Assembly: GCF_009914755.1 (NCBI RefSeq)
Contig: NC_060927.1
Reading direction: 5' to 3' (one strand)
Source: the human T2T-CHM13v2.0 reference genome, Homo sapiens
DNA length: 64,000 bases
The translations under genes and the position numbers were made by a program. Below the pieces are notes generated by a model. That model did no database searches, had not been told where the DNA came from, and saw nothing but the letters and a program-made list of their open reading frames with translations. Shown piece after piece: positions 39,314-52,872 of this stretch; position 1 is the first letter of the stretch; each line of letters starts with the position of its first letter.

Positions 39314-42053
39314 GTAAGGCCGCTTATTTATTTATTTATTTTAAAATAACTGTTCCCCCCGCGCTTCCCCCCGCCACCCGCCATGCCCCTCATCACAGCT
39401 CTCCTTCTTTTCTTGGCTTAGGAAGGTACATTTGAGCTTTGAACACATACTCTAAAATGGGAAAATACATTTTTAAATGCTCTTTTAGTAGAGCTGTATC
39501 AAGTGAATAGATTATTTTAAGTGAGTTAGAATAATGGCCAAGTGCCCTTAATATGTGGATGAGTGCATGATATTAAATAATATGCAAGGTATTAATGCTG
39601 TTCGATTTGTATGTGTCTGTAGAAAATGTAGGAAAACATGAAGGAAAGAGGGTTTGTGTTTTCTGGAATGCTGAGCACTTCCAAGTTTGCCAATGTACTG
39701 GATATATTCACCACTTTCCCATCGTATTGTCAAAGTGTTGTCTATGTTGGATTCTGTCCCCTTTCTTCTAGCCAAATGGTGATTTTGATCACTCAAGTCC
39801 TTTTTTCATGGTCTTAAATTAGTGTCTAGAGGCATATATTCTGCCATTGAAAAAATACTATGACTTCTTTATAGTTGAGGGGAGTAAAATGATAGAAAGA
39901 TAAATTTACCTGTAGTTCTATTCTCACCCTGGCAACTATCGTGATCTTTGGACATTCCCTACTAATCATTTTGCATACTTGGATACATGCATATACCACA
40001 CTTATTTCAAATTAGAATGTAAATATACTTTTGAATCCTACTTTTAAATTCCCTCTTGTTACATACATTTCCCACTTTGTTCTGTAGTTGCACAATTTAA
40101 AAAAATAGGTAGTATTTTATTGAATTCATATATGATAATGTATTTAACCATTCTCATAGTATGGGACAAATTTTTTATTATTCATATATTTTGCAATTTG
40201 TAAAGAGCTTTGTAATATCAGTTTTTGCACATTTAAGTTATTTACTTAGGAAAATTGTCCATCACAACATTTCTGAATCAAATTGTATGAACAATTTTTA
40301 GCTTTTTGGTAGTGTTGTTAAGCTGTTTTAATATATACCAGCAATGGTGTAGAGTAACATTATTCTTATGCTTTTTGTTGTCATAGACAGTTTGTTTATT
40401 AAAAAAAAAAAAAAACCTTGGATCTTACCTTAAATACTATTTTGTATCTGGCTTTTCTAAGTTCTTTGTATTGTGTAGTTTTATTCACATCAGTAACTAT
40501 ATTTTTACACTAGTTTTAATGGTTGCATCATGTTACATTTTGATTCTCTGACAATATACTGAGCCAATTTCCTGTTGTGAAAATAAGCGAACTGTTAAAT
40601 TGTTATTGTGTAGTTTTTCTGGGATAGCGTGAGGGTAAAACCAATACTTCTTCATCCCCTAGCATGTTTTGTTACCTTCAGAGCCTGAAGGTTCCTGTCT
40701 TTAAGGAGCTCATGAGGATGGTCAATGATATTTAAGGCTTCATTTTGCCTTTTATTAGAAGGTAAAAGATAATACCAGAGTTTATATTCAAGGAAGGAAG
40801 TTCAAAGTACAAATACTTACCTCGAAGCATGACTTTCTCAAGAGTGAATATTTTCTCAAATGTTCCTTTTCTTCTGTTCCAGGTGCTAAGGTTTTGAACC
40901 GTTGACCTAAACACAGACGTTAAAAAATATATATAGAGAGAGAAATAAACAATGAAACATTTTCTACCTATAATAATAGTGACAGCAAACATTTGTTGAG
41001 CCAGTACTACATGGTACTCATTGTACTAGGGCATTTATGTGCCTTGTTTTATTTAATCCCCCAAAATCCCTAGGAAGTAGGGCTTTAAAATATACATGAT
41101 GCTATAGAAATTTTAAAAGAACAGCTCCCACCTTTATAAATGGTAAGTGGGTAAAAAACTATTGTTATCCTTCTTTTCCGGATACTAAGACAGAGAGAGA
41201 TTTAATAACTTGATGTCATAGAGCTGGCAAGATAAGTTATCAGAAACCATATTTAGGAAAATTAGGAAGTTTTTTCTTTTTAATTTGTGAGTAGGGTTTC
41301 AGAATTTTAAACTATTTTGGGTAGAGTGAGTACCAAAACCATTAGAAGTAGTCCTCATGGGGAATGCACAGAGAACACATTGTAACATAGTAGAGGGCAT
41401 GCCAAGGTGAATCAGAAGAAAAGACAGCACAAAGAAAACCAGACAGAGAAGTATTGGCTTGTCAGACCAGCTCGTCTTCTGCCCCCTTACCCAAAGAGCG
41501 AGGTCGAGTTCAGTGTTAACATTCTGGCCCAAATGCTTCCTTCATTAATTATTTTTACTTATTTTATCTTAGAAAAATTTCCTCTTGGCAAAGCTCACCT
41601 TTTCTTTAATCAATATTTGTTAGTAAACATTTTAGGCATCTTCAAAGAACTTAGATAACATGTAGGAGTAGTTATTTGGTTAGATTCAGTTATACAAAAA
41701 AGCAAATCAAGCAATTTATTTTTAAATGTGGAAATTTGGGTGCCATTAAGATGCTTTGCTTCTTGGCAGTGCATATGGTGGCGCTATATTTGGTGGTGAT
41801 GAGTAGTGTGCAGCATAAAATGTAAAAAAAAAAAAATTAAAAAAATTAAGCCGCCTGATAAAAATGCCTTGATGCAATCAAGCTGACTTATTTTAATTCA
41901 ACTACTAATGACTTAAATCCTGTCACCTCTTGATTTTCAATTATGTGGAGTACCATTCTGTGACTTGATTATATTTGCGCAGACTCATTTTATAGTTTGG
42001 TGCAATTTAGGATACCCCCAAAGTGCAAACGAAGGGTCTCATTAGGAAACTAA

Positions 42054-42082
42054 ATGTTGTATGCATTTTGGTTTTCCCACAG
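42054..42082 (+). CDS. MITF: MITF exon 1B1a coding part (MITF-B N-terminus MLYAFWFSH)
   Basis: ATG 42054 is in frame and contiguous with 1B1b; this stretch doubles as the polypyrimidine tract and acceptor for the other isoforms. Confidence 0.8.
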
Positions 42083-42332
42083 CAGTTCCGCCGAGCATCC
42101 TGGGGCCTCCAAGCCTCCGATAAGCTCCTCCAGTATGACATCACGCATCTTGCTACGCCAGCAACTCATGCGTGAGCAGATGCAGGAGCAGGAGCGCAGG
42201 GAGCAGCAGCAGAAGCTGCAGGCGGCCCAGTTCATGCAACAGAGAGTGCCCGTGAGTCAGACACCAGCCATAAACGTCAGTGTGCCCACCACCCTTCCCT
42301 CTGCCACGCAGGTGCCGATGGAAGTCCTTAAG
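42083..42332 (+). CDS. MITF: MITF shared exon 1B1b (all non-M isoforms); MiT/TFE N-terminal region with Rag-GTPase-binding motif
   Basis: Acceptor TTTTCCCACAG| at 42082, donor AAG|GTACGT at 42333; encodes SSAEHPGASKPPISSSSMTSRILLRQQLMREQMQEQERREQQQKLQAAQFMQQRVPVSQTPAINVSVPTTLPSATQVPMEVLK; internal ATG 42135 is the start for isoforms with non-coding first exons. Confidence 0.98.
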
Positions 42333-45300
42333 GTACGTGAGTGTTGCTCTTGTTGGTTGGACCAAACTCTCTTCCATTTTCCATTTGCTAGGTGTTTTGT
42401 TTATCTGAATATGTATTTTGTTAGACTGACCCTTCAGAATTATATTTGAAAACTCCAACTCCCTTAATTCTTACGTGGCTTTATATTTTAAAAGAAGGAT
42501 GCAAACGCATTGTAACTGTAATAGTAACAATCAGTAAATGGTGGGAGTCAATGTTCCATGAGAAATTGCAAGTAGGAATACATGTTTGTTGTGATGACAT
42601 CTTTCTTTGGGAAAGTTTCAAAACCAGAATTATCTGAGGTGGGCCTCTTCTGATAATTTGTGTATCTTAAATATTTTTCTCTTAAATACCTTCCATAGCC
42701 ACTCTTTACTTTTCTTTTTATTTAGTATGTAATATTGGTTGTAAAATCTGACTGTTTTAGAGAGCTCTTCACATATAAGATTGAAGAAGAGCTTTCTGCG
42801 CTTTGATAACCAGACTACATAATCCTTTTACTGAAGTGAGTTGTCTGCTTTGGGTCTCTTTGATTTCTTGCTAGAGTAGAAACTGCAGGAGCTTGTTAGC
42901 ATCATTCGATTAGGGACATATAGCTTCCTAATTACTAAGGAAAATTGTAACAAGTCTAAGAATAGAATTCCATCTCACACGTGTCTTCCACATCACATAG
43001 GGAGATACTCCTTGTTTAAGAATAAACATTTCAGTTCTTAAATATGACTGATTCAAGGAAAGTTAAAAGGAAAGTAGAGGAACTTCCTTATTTTTAGTTT
43101 TTTTATTTTAGTACCTGCTCACCTAATTCTGAAAAGTCTCAAGTGTTACTGTTCATTAAACAATGTGAACTTTACAGACCGGTGATTCATTATTGGTTTT
43201 TGCATTCATCCATGTGCACAGAAAAAATGTCTCCCATTATTTAAAGTTTACTATTAAAGTAAATAGAGAGATGATGTGTTATAATCAGGAATCAATCTGT
43301 GAACCTTACCAGGAAGTAGGAAAGAGATTCTTTAAAAAACAAATCAAGAGTCAATTATTTTTTATTTGCGAAGACTTAAAATATAGTGATGCAATAATGG
43401 AACTCGGATGAAGAAACCAACTGAAATTGGGTTAGGGAAAAAAGATACAAATAGTTTAGCATAAAGTTTTACTCTAATGTGATTGTTTGAAATTCTGGAT
43501 ATTGCCACAGTTAATGGATTTTTTCCTCTTTCTTTTTTTACCCGTCAGTTAACTCAAGGTTTTCTCTCTGGAGTAGATGATGCATTGAATCTTTCTGTTC
43601 TGCTTGGGTGAAAATTGATATGATCACTAAGTTTTTATAGATTTAAGAATTATTTAAGATTTATGTTGTTGTCTCATGCCTGCAGGGGTGATAATCATTG
43701 TGTATACCTTAGGTTATTTAAAATTGTATGAATTAAATAGTAACAAGATGTGGAGAAATATGTCTATTTTATTCATCATAATAGTTCACCTTTATAATCT
43801 GTAGGGCAAATTTTAGAAGAGTTGCCATGGATTTGGGCTACTAGTGGGTTATATCCAACTGAAGGTAATGTTAAAGAATTTTTATTAAAATCAATATTCC
43901 TGTTAAGGCAGCTACAACAGAGAGGAAATTACCCAAATGAAAATGTGTTGAAACATCATTTCCAGATTATCTTAAAAGTGAGCATAATTTCTAAATGCTT
44001 TTGTCACTGTAAATATATTATTTTTGAAAATGATTAAAGTTAAAATCTACATTAAGTTGTTTGAATAACATACCAATATTTTTATATGTTGCTGTGTCCT
44101 GGTGACACTGGATTGAGCTACAACCCCTAACTTATGTATGCCAGAAAAATGTCCAAAGTTAAAGCACAAATAAATTGTTACAGCTGGACGACATACTCTA
44201 ACTAAAAATAAGTATTAGGTAAATTTCTCTTTCACTCTGAATATAGTTCCTGTCTATTTAACTTCTGCTTTTTTATATTTCAGTTATATAAACTAGTAAA
44301 CTATGTCATATAAATAAAAATAAGGAATTATTGCCATAGCTATATGGTTAGGTTTGATAGCTATTTAGACAAATTTTGGTATTCTTAAATGAAGAAACAA
44401 ATAAGAATACACGATTTTATTAAGACAATATTTTAAGAAAATCAGATAACATTTTTAAAGAGAATATCATATAAGTGATTGCTTCAGATACTTAAAGACT
44501 TAGGACTTCATAAATATAGTTGGCTTATTTTCAAAATTTTGTGTATAAAAGTATTATGAAACATTATAGAAAGATAAGTGAGAGAAAGGTGGTTTTTTTT
44601 TTCTTTTTTATAGTTTTTAAATCATAAGCATAATTTTGTGAAGTAAGTGGTTAATAGCAAAACAGTTAATATGCTTAATCTTGGACCATTTATTTCTCCA
44701 TGAATATATATTTTCAAAGAATGGTAATACCAAGTATACTAATTGAGTGCATTATGATACAGATTATATTGAATAAATATTTTCTCATAGTATGGCCTGA
44801 GTAAATTCGCTTAATTTTTAAAGGTTTAACTTGCTAAAACAGAACATGCCTGCTTCTCAGTGGAGGTAGATGTATACAATTAGTCACACTTGCATGCACT
44901 AGAGAATCTGGTTAAATCTCTCCGTCTCCCAAGTTGTTTGTAAGAACCAGAGGGAAGAAAGGTCATAGTTTAGTTTTCATACACACACAAAGTTAAGTTA
45001 CCAACATTCTGCTATCTGGATGAATGACTGATTTCAAAAAGCTAAAGCAGTGTTTTCAGGTTAATCCCTTTTTTTGGCAGAGTAAAATTTAAAATATGAA
45101 GCTTTATAAAGCATGTTTAAAAGTTATTGACATCTGGTAAACTTAGGACTAGTCAGATTTTGGGTTAGAGATCGAAAATCTGCACCACTCATTCCTCAAC
45201 GTATAGTCATTGTGCCGTGAGTAAGTTCATGAATCTTTGTAAGATTAGCCTCTGGTTTCTATATTGATTTAATAATATATGAATTTTCCTTCATATTGAT

Positions 45301-47735
45301 TTTCATTTTTGGGGACATGGAATCATGAGTCTTATTGCTATATATTTACATAGTAAAGATATTCTCCAAGTTTTTTAAGAACAACCTTACCCAATTGGGT
45401 ATTGTAATTTAAGGATGCTCTTTTACCATAAATTAACCAACACCTGGAGTGCATAATGCATTTTTTTGTAATGGTGAACACACCCTGTATTTTGAGTTGT
45501 GAATTAACAACAACAAAAAAAAAGTCATCAAGAACCATTAATGGAATCAGTTTCTTCCACAAGTGGGTTTTGCTGACATGCAAGTCATGCAAACCTGAAG
45601 TTTGAAATTTGATGTAGCTTTTTTCAAACAAAAACAGAGTAACGGGACAGAACTGTAGGTGAGTTCAGCCTTATAGCTAAAGCATCACGGTACAAACCAC
45701 CAAGTTAATCATTTATGTAGTCACCAAGCATCTGTTTTCATAGTTTTGTCTCTCTGACTTTGATGAATTATAAAAGCACTGGTCGCTCTCATCCTGGACT
45801 AAGTTCATCAGGATTTCTTCCCCTACTACCTTCCCAAGATGGGCTTTGACGGTTGAAAGCTTGAAAACATTAGTTTACAGTTTGAAAATGTTTCTCTGTT
45901 CAGAAATCTGAAGGGAGTTGCCAAGGATTCCCCACTACCTCTGTCTCTCCCTCCCTTCCTTTCACCTTGAAATTTAAAATTTTAAAGGCAAAGTCGAAGT
46001 GTCTTCTCTGGAATGGATTGTCCCTTGAATTTTTCTGTTCTGCTTAAGGGAAAGGTTGCATGAATTTTAAAAGGAAAAGATTTTTTTTATTACTTTGGGG
46101 CATTTCTTAACTACTTTGAAGGAATTTATTTTTAAATTTTCCCTTTTCTCCAAATCATCTCAAGAGTTGCGCAAATTGCTCTGTAATTAGTGATGATGCT
46201 TGCTGTTTGTCAAATACAGAAGCACTTTTTCTGGGACCTTCTACATTGTAAACTAAATTTACGTGGGCATTTATTTGGTGGTTATCTCGTCAAAGTTGCC
46301 TCTCATTTGTATTGAGATTCTAGCGAGGTGGGCTGGAAGCCCTGCTCCTTGTTACCCTCTTTCAAAAACTGACATTCCATATTTCACTAGTGAGGGGAAG
46401 GGTTAATGGCTGAACTACTGGTCTTTCTCTGTAAATTATGAAATCTGCATGGAGTAGAATTTTCAAGGTGTGATTTATTTTTTAGGTATAACACAGAACA
46501 TGAAAATGTGTGTGGAGTTACAGGTGGATTGGTGGGCTACAGATTGGCAAAAGGGACTTCTCCCACAACCTACCCTTAGATTTTGTTTCTGGTTTATTTA
46601 GCCAGGAATACAGACCCTAAATAGCATCATGGTGGCTGCAAGAAGCCAGAACAGATGTAGTGTGTCTCAGATCAGCTTGCCTTTGTCCCCTCAGTTAGGG
46701 GATCTGTTGCTAGAGGTGTCACTCTCATAAGGTGAAGACCTGCTATGTCTAAGATTTCTTCTTATAGCATAGTCCATTCACACATGGACCAGCATATACT
46801 TATGACCCTTGTAGTTTGACTTACACAAACAACCTGTCAGCCTTGATTTCAGGGATCATTTATAAACATTGTTGTCCTTTTGTTTTTGAATCAATGTTGG
46901 TGTCTGCAAGGCTACATCCTCATTCAGGGGGAGAAAGGGACTCAGATTTCAGGTCAACAGACAGCTCTTCATTCTCCCAGAAACCTCATTTCCCTGCAGA
47001 ATCTGAATCATTCAGTGTCACACATAAGGTAATTTTCTCTCTCTTTAAAACTCACGTTATTGACTTTTTAAATTGCAGATAATACTTGTTAACTTTTAAC
47101 AGATTTAAACAATGCAGCAGAATAGTTCAATATGAATCTCACCCTGCCTACCACCGCCTCCCTTCCGTCATGTTCCCTGGAAGGAACGACTGTTAACAGT
47201 TTAGGATGCAGCCTTCCTGTTATTTTCTGTTTAATAACCCTACCATCAGTTGCCTTTTATAGGAGCGAGGTCTGAAGAAATATGTTAGTCACTTTTTATC
47301 AGGTAGACATAAACCCTTTATTTTTCTTTGTTCATATTTGCAAATGGAACAAAAAAATGTATAATTTATTTTCCTTCTGGGTTGTCTCTATCTTTAAGAA
47401 TCCCGCTTCAAGGTCCACTCTTCCCTATGTGCAGTGAGGACTTCTCACCCTGTGTCTTGAGAGCAGTTTAATTGGTTCAATGTGTAAGTATGTACCAGCT
47501 TGCACGGCACTGAGTGGCAGCCCCTTTGCTTCCCAGGCTGCTTTATGAACACTTGGGGGTGAGGATTTAGTGATCTCTGGGCTGACACAAGAAAGTGCTC
47601 CATAGAGTTGTCTTACTTGGTAAAGTCAAACTTAACACAGGCTCAGTAGTGCAAGAATTGCAATAAGTGCAAGAATCACAGTAAGTGCTTTTGGATTCAT
47701 GTTGGACTTGGTTTTTCTGTCTGCACTGCTTTTAG

Positions 47736-48119
47736 TGACTAGTAGCTAGTAATGAAATGCTGGCTGCAGAAAGTCATCTTCGCTTAAATTTTTAGGTTTT
47801 ATCTACTTAAAAGAGCAGACCGATGAGACCAACTATCTGAAACAAAATATTCAGCCTTTACACAACTAAGCCTATGAATTAATCCCAGTTTCTGGAAACA
47901 TTGGAACTTCAGCTCTAATTACATGTTCATTGGGCAATATTGGCACAGAATGGAAATGATTTCTCCCTTTATGACCACAAGGGCATTTTCATGTAACTGA
48001 GGGGTACAGCACAATCTGGGTTTTGTACAGCACAATCTGGGTTTGATTTCATCAGGTTGTGGATAGGGCCTGATGTACCTGGTGGACACTTGACTAGTAG
48101 CTAGTAATGAAATGCTGGC
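47736..48119. repeat. Perfect 29-nt direct repeat pair enclosing a 21-nt tandem duplication
   Basis: TGACTAGTAGCTAGTAATGAAATGCTGGC at 47736-47764 and 48091-48119; GTACAGCACAATCTGGGTTT(T) x2 at 48004-48044. Confidence 0.95.
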
Positions 48120-51100
48120 AGATACGCAACATGGCGCTCTCTCTTTAAGTAGGAGAATCTTTGCCATCTTCTCCATGAGCCCCTTTGCAATCACTGAATT
48201 CATCCTGTGGGTTTCAAAGAGAAGAGACACCTGTTTGGCTCCTCCTCGTTTTCTCCTGTTAGAGGAGGCTATACTAATAGGTGCAGTCTCCTTTCATTTA
48301 CACAGTTCTCATAATTCCATACTGCCGGAGGTGAAGGCAGTATCATAAGGAAAATATTAAGGTCTGGGGCCTGGAAGTGAGGGCTAAAAACTGGAGTGGG
48401 CCTAGTGTCATCTGACTCTGAATGGTAATTTCTTTTTTAATGTCATGAGACCAGTAGAACGTGCATCCTCAACAGGGGCGAAGTCACTCCCCACAAGTAG
48501 GACAAAAATGGATTGTTGGAGGGCAAAAGAGTCTTAGATGTTACAATGGTTTCTAAACCTCCAAAGTCCCAGTACATAAACCGATAAACAGTATATGTGT
48601 CTTTTAAAATTTTATGGTGATGGGGATGAAGGAGAAGCAATTAGGGGAAAAATGTCTTAAAAGGCTTTTTATTGGGATACTAATGAATAAAAGATTGAGA
48701 AACATTCCTGCAGAGGAACCAGCATCTTTCCCAATTCTTTGTGTTTTGTTTAGGGACCATTTGTGGAGGCTCCTATAGATGTGATGCCTATATTCTGTCT
48801 GGTCTGTGTCTCCCCAGGAAAACTGTTATGAGAACAATCATGATCAGCAAGTGCCAGCATTGAACTTTACCTGTATTGACTCATTTAATGCCACCATTGC
48901 TCTGTGAGGTAGTTATTATTAGCATCCCCATTTCACAGATGCAGGAACTGTCACAGAGGGGTCAACTAGGTCATCAGAAAGTCACCCAAGTAGGTGGTGC
49001 AGTCAGGATTTGAACTCATATAGTTGAACTCCATGGGCCACTAGTGGTAATACCTCTCCTGGAGGGAATGACCTGAGAAACATTAGGAGGGAGAGATAGC
49101 AATGTTCAGCCTCTCAAATGACACGGTAGCTTGGGGCTTGTAGCAAATGTTTACTACAGAGCTTCAATCCATAGCTTAAACTTTTATAGGAATTACTGAT
49201 GTGAACGTGACACTACCTGAAGCACCTTGGAGGAGGAAAGGCAATTGTGCCTCCTTGACAACGTGGATATTAATTATAGGGTGGATTGGATGGTGGGATG
49301 AACACTTCAGGTCTTTTAGCTCATTTATTATTTTAGTAACCTTAGGAAACAAGTAGGATAAGCCTTATTTTCCAGATAGGGAAACTGAGGCTTAGATTAT
49401 CACTGATCCCTGGTTACATAGACTCCACACACTACCTTATTTGCTTATAAGCACACATCCTACTGTAAGGACATGCTCTAAACATTTCTAAAGAATCACC
49501 AGTAACAGAATATATTAGAGCAAAATGGGAGGTCAAAGAGAAACTACAGAGGAGTCTCACAGGCTTAACAGAAAGATACATGAGCTTAAGCATTTGAATT
49601 AGTAAGGGGCTTCCCTATTGAATAGTTAAAATATCCTCATGAGTCTCCACAATATGCCAGATGAAAGAACTGGATGTGTTTTTATTATATAAAAAAGACT
49701 TCCTGGCCACATTGACCCCCGTGGTAATTTATGCTTTATTGATAGTCATCATTATGGGTTAAAAAGCACTACAGTGAAAGTTTCTATAACAACATCCAAA
49801 AATCATAACTCAAGTCACTTATATTCTAAAGATCTTGATGGTCCATGCTATTACAATTCATATGCTTTATAGTTCTGAGTATTTACTAATATATTTGCAT
49901 TGTTTTAGATGATTTTTGAAATAATTCAGTAGACTCACACACTTTTGATATCAATTTTCTTCTGAAATTATGTTTGCATTTTTGGTTTTTCCTTTCCCAT
50001 GCACCTTGCAATATTAGAGCTCTTGCCATATTTTAGCACTTAACAACTGGAACTTCATTTCTGGTGGTTTTTCTATTTGCTTTTAAGTAAATGTCAGTGG
50101 TAATAAATCTTCTATTACTATATTGAAAAAGTCATGAGTCTCCTTCACAAATATTACCTATTTAATCCCAACAATTAAAGAAAGGACTTAGCTTTGAAAG
50201 ACCACTTAATTTGAAAGACTCTTCAGTTAGCACGCTTTTGAACAGAGATTGTGAACATGTGTAAGCAAAATCTAATTTTAACTTTGCTCTACTAAAATCG
50301 GTGGGTGTGATCTGTGTTAAAAATATGTAAATCAGTACAGTGGCTTCACTCAAGGTTATAACTGCAATCAGTACTAGAATATTGGCTCTTGCCCTGAATG
50401 TGTCTCCTTTTATTGACTTCTTTGAGGATCAGCTTGAACTTAAAAAAACATTTAGCTCCAGATAATATACCAGTTATTCAGATCTTATTTATAAATTTAG
50501 ATGTTTTTTGTTTAGTAATTTATAACTTTATGAAAAGGAAATGAATCCGAATTGGAGCATATGAATCAGGTAAAGCAGGGGGCTGTTAAAGGAGAGAATG
50601 GTCCTAAAAAAGAAATTGTTTTAATTACTCTTTTTAAAAATAGGGAATGTCCTAGAAAAGGGTATAGGTGAATCTATACCATTGTTTCTACCAGCTGTCT
50701 CTGGAGTGAGTATTGGGATTGGAAGCGGTGGTGGTCAAAGGCTTTATCATTATTATTATGATTTTTACTAGGAGAGCATATGCATGCATTCTTTATGTAA
50801 AGTGATGTCCTGATGCATTTTATTTGAGTCACCCACAACTTTTTGAGGAGCACAGTTCTTCTGTCAGGTGTAAACTCACCAGTTTACTAGACTTAGACAC
50901 ATTATGTAACTCTAGTGGTCTTTCCTAGAAGAAAGATAACAAGGTGTAGGAATCCTGCAAATTCAAAGTGAGCAAAAGGATTTCAATCACCCGGTCGGGA
51001 AGTAATTTTTAAAAGTAGTTAAGAGGCCCAAAATGAAAAGCAAAATTCAGACTTCTATTACCTTACTACCATGCATAACTCTGTTGTAATCTCCCCTGTT

Positions 51101-51972
51101 GGGCCTGGGTTTTGTATAATTAAAATTTAGGGGCTGGAAATTTTGTTGAGCCTTAATTGGAAGTGACAAACCAGAGACATTCCTGCCAGTTAGGAAAGGC
51201 TTAAGAAATTCTTATTGGCTAAATTACAAATATGTAACATTTTTTCTGAACACTGCATGGTAGTTCAGACTGCCTAAAGGTGACAAGATTAGCTCTGTTT
51301 TTCTAGTGAAGTAGTAAAAATTAGATTAATAAGTACCAGGCAAAGAACCTTTTCTTTTTTTCTTTTTTTTTTTTTCTTTTGAAAGAAATCTTACCTTGAG
51401 TACTTCTGGCTGTGGAGATCGGTGCCTTAATTAGCCACATGTTCTTTTTACCTCCTGGGAAATAAGTACGGGATAAAATTGGGGATCAAGCCGTAGACGT
51501 ACATTGACTTAGCACACGCCGCTAAGTAATTCATCAAGGAATGTTGGTAATTAGTCCTGCCTCTTTCAACTCTTGGCTTATTTTATAAAACCGGTTGATT
51601 TAAAATAATGCCTGCTGATTTATTACCCACACGTTTCAAGACTGGTACTTGGCTCTTAAACAAAAGCAATATTGTGCAGCGATGGAAATGCGCCCTCTTG
51701 TTTTTGTGTTTTTACAAATTCTGAAGGGCCATCTATGGCCCCCCTATTAACTTTGTTGCCTTTCCTTTTGCCCCATTCAGCATTTTACTGGGCTTTCTTT
51801 TCTGTCTTGGTGAAGAGAAAAGGGGAACAAATTTAAAACAAAAAACGAAAAAATCCAGGCTCTTAGAGATTTGGGATGTGAGGTGCTTGTCAAAGTGTAT
51901 TGGCTCGGTGTGATTTGATGGAATTTAATTTGAATCCTTCGTCTGGTAAGACAGGCTGTAGTAATAGCCTTT

Positions 51973-52005
<33 letters not shown>

Positions 52006-52369
52006 ATTGTTAAATGTTTGGTGATATTTATGGCAGCCAGGCTAATCTTAAAAGAATGAATTTATGAGAAGCACAGAACCTCATGACTTCAGCCTCTTAC
52101 CCTTAGTATCCAAGCACTGTAGTGCATTATAGTTTGAATGCCAGATTCCCATTAATGCTAACTGATGGACCTCATTATGCTTTGAGATGAGACCTTAATC
52201 AGGGTCCCTGTTGAAAATCTACGATTAGGCTGTCTTTGATTCATAACTCTGTGAACTTGGGCACATTTCCTGTTCTCTCTGGGTCTCAGTGTCCTCATCT
52301 ATAAAATGGAGGTAATAATACTCGCCCTGGGGAGTTTTTGCGAGAGTTAAATGAGATAATTCACGAAAG

Positions 52370-52872
52370 CAGTGCTGTCTGATAGAATATGAACCAAGTA
52401 CATAAATTCAAAGTTTCTAGTACTCTCACTAAAAATAGTAAAAAAAAAAAAAAAATAGTGAAACTAATTTTAATGTATTTTATTTAACCCAAAATATCTA
52501 AAATATCACTTCAACATGTAATCAGTATAAAAATTATTAACAAGATATTTTCACATTTTTTCCTAAGTCTTTGTGCTGCCTTTAAAATTGCATGTATATT
52601 TTATACCTCCAGCACATCCCCAATTTGGACACTAAATTTTCATCAGAAAATTTATTTGACCTGTGTTTAGATTTTATAAAATGTATAATTGAAAAAGTTA
52701 GATTCATATACCTAACTTGTTTCAAACGTATTCAAAAGATTTCCAATAAATAAATTGAATATGTCTTTAGATTTAAATTAAATTATATGAAAAGTTCAGT
52801 CTGAATGAGTCTGAACAAGCCACATTTCCAGTGCTCAGCAGCCACACGTGGTCTTTGCATTGGACAGCACAG
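52370..52872. mobile_element. MER33/Charlie1-family hAT relic nested in a MIR
   Basis: TIR-like CAGTGCTGTCTGATAG ... ATTGGACAGCACAG; internal TTATTTAACCCAAAATATCTAAAATATC and AGCCACATTTCCAGTGCTCAGCAGCCACACGTGG; MIR core (CTCAGTGTCCTCATCTATAAAATGG) immediately 5'. Confidence 0.75.

Noticed and set aside
42333-42449. C-terminal extension of the 131-aa ORF (VRECCSCW...)
   Set aside because: Read-through past the GTACGT donor into the intron.
42050-42458. Antisense ORFs over exon 1B1b
   Set aside because: Shadow frames of a CAG/GAG-rich coding exon.
47736-48119. CRISPR-like repeat-spacer reading of the direct repeats (also 9101-9153)
   Set aside because: Only two or three copies, no regular unique spacers, no cas genes, and a human intronic context.
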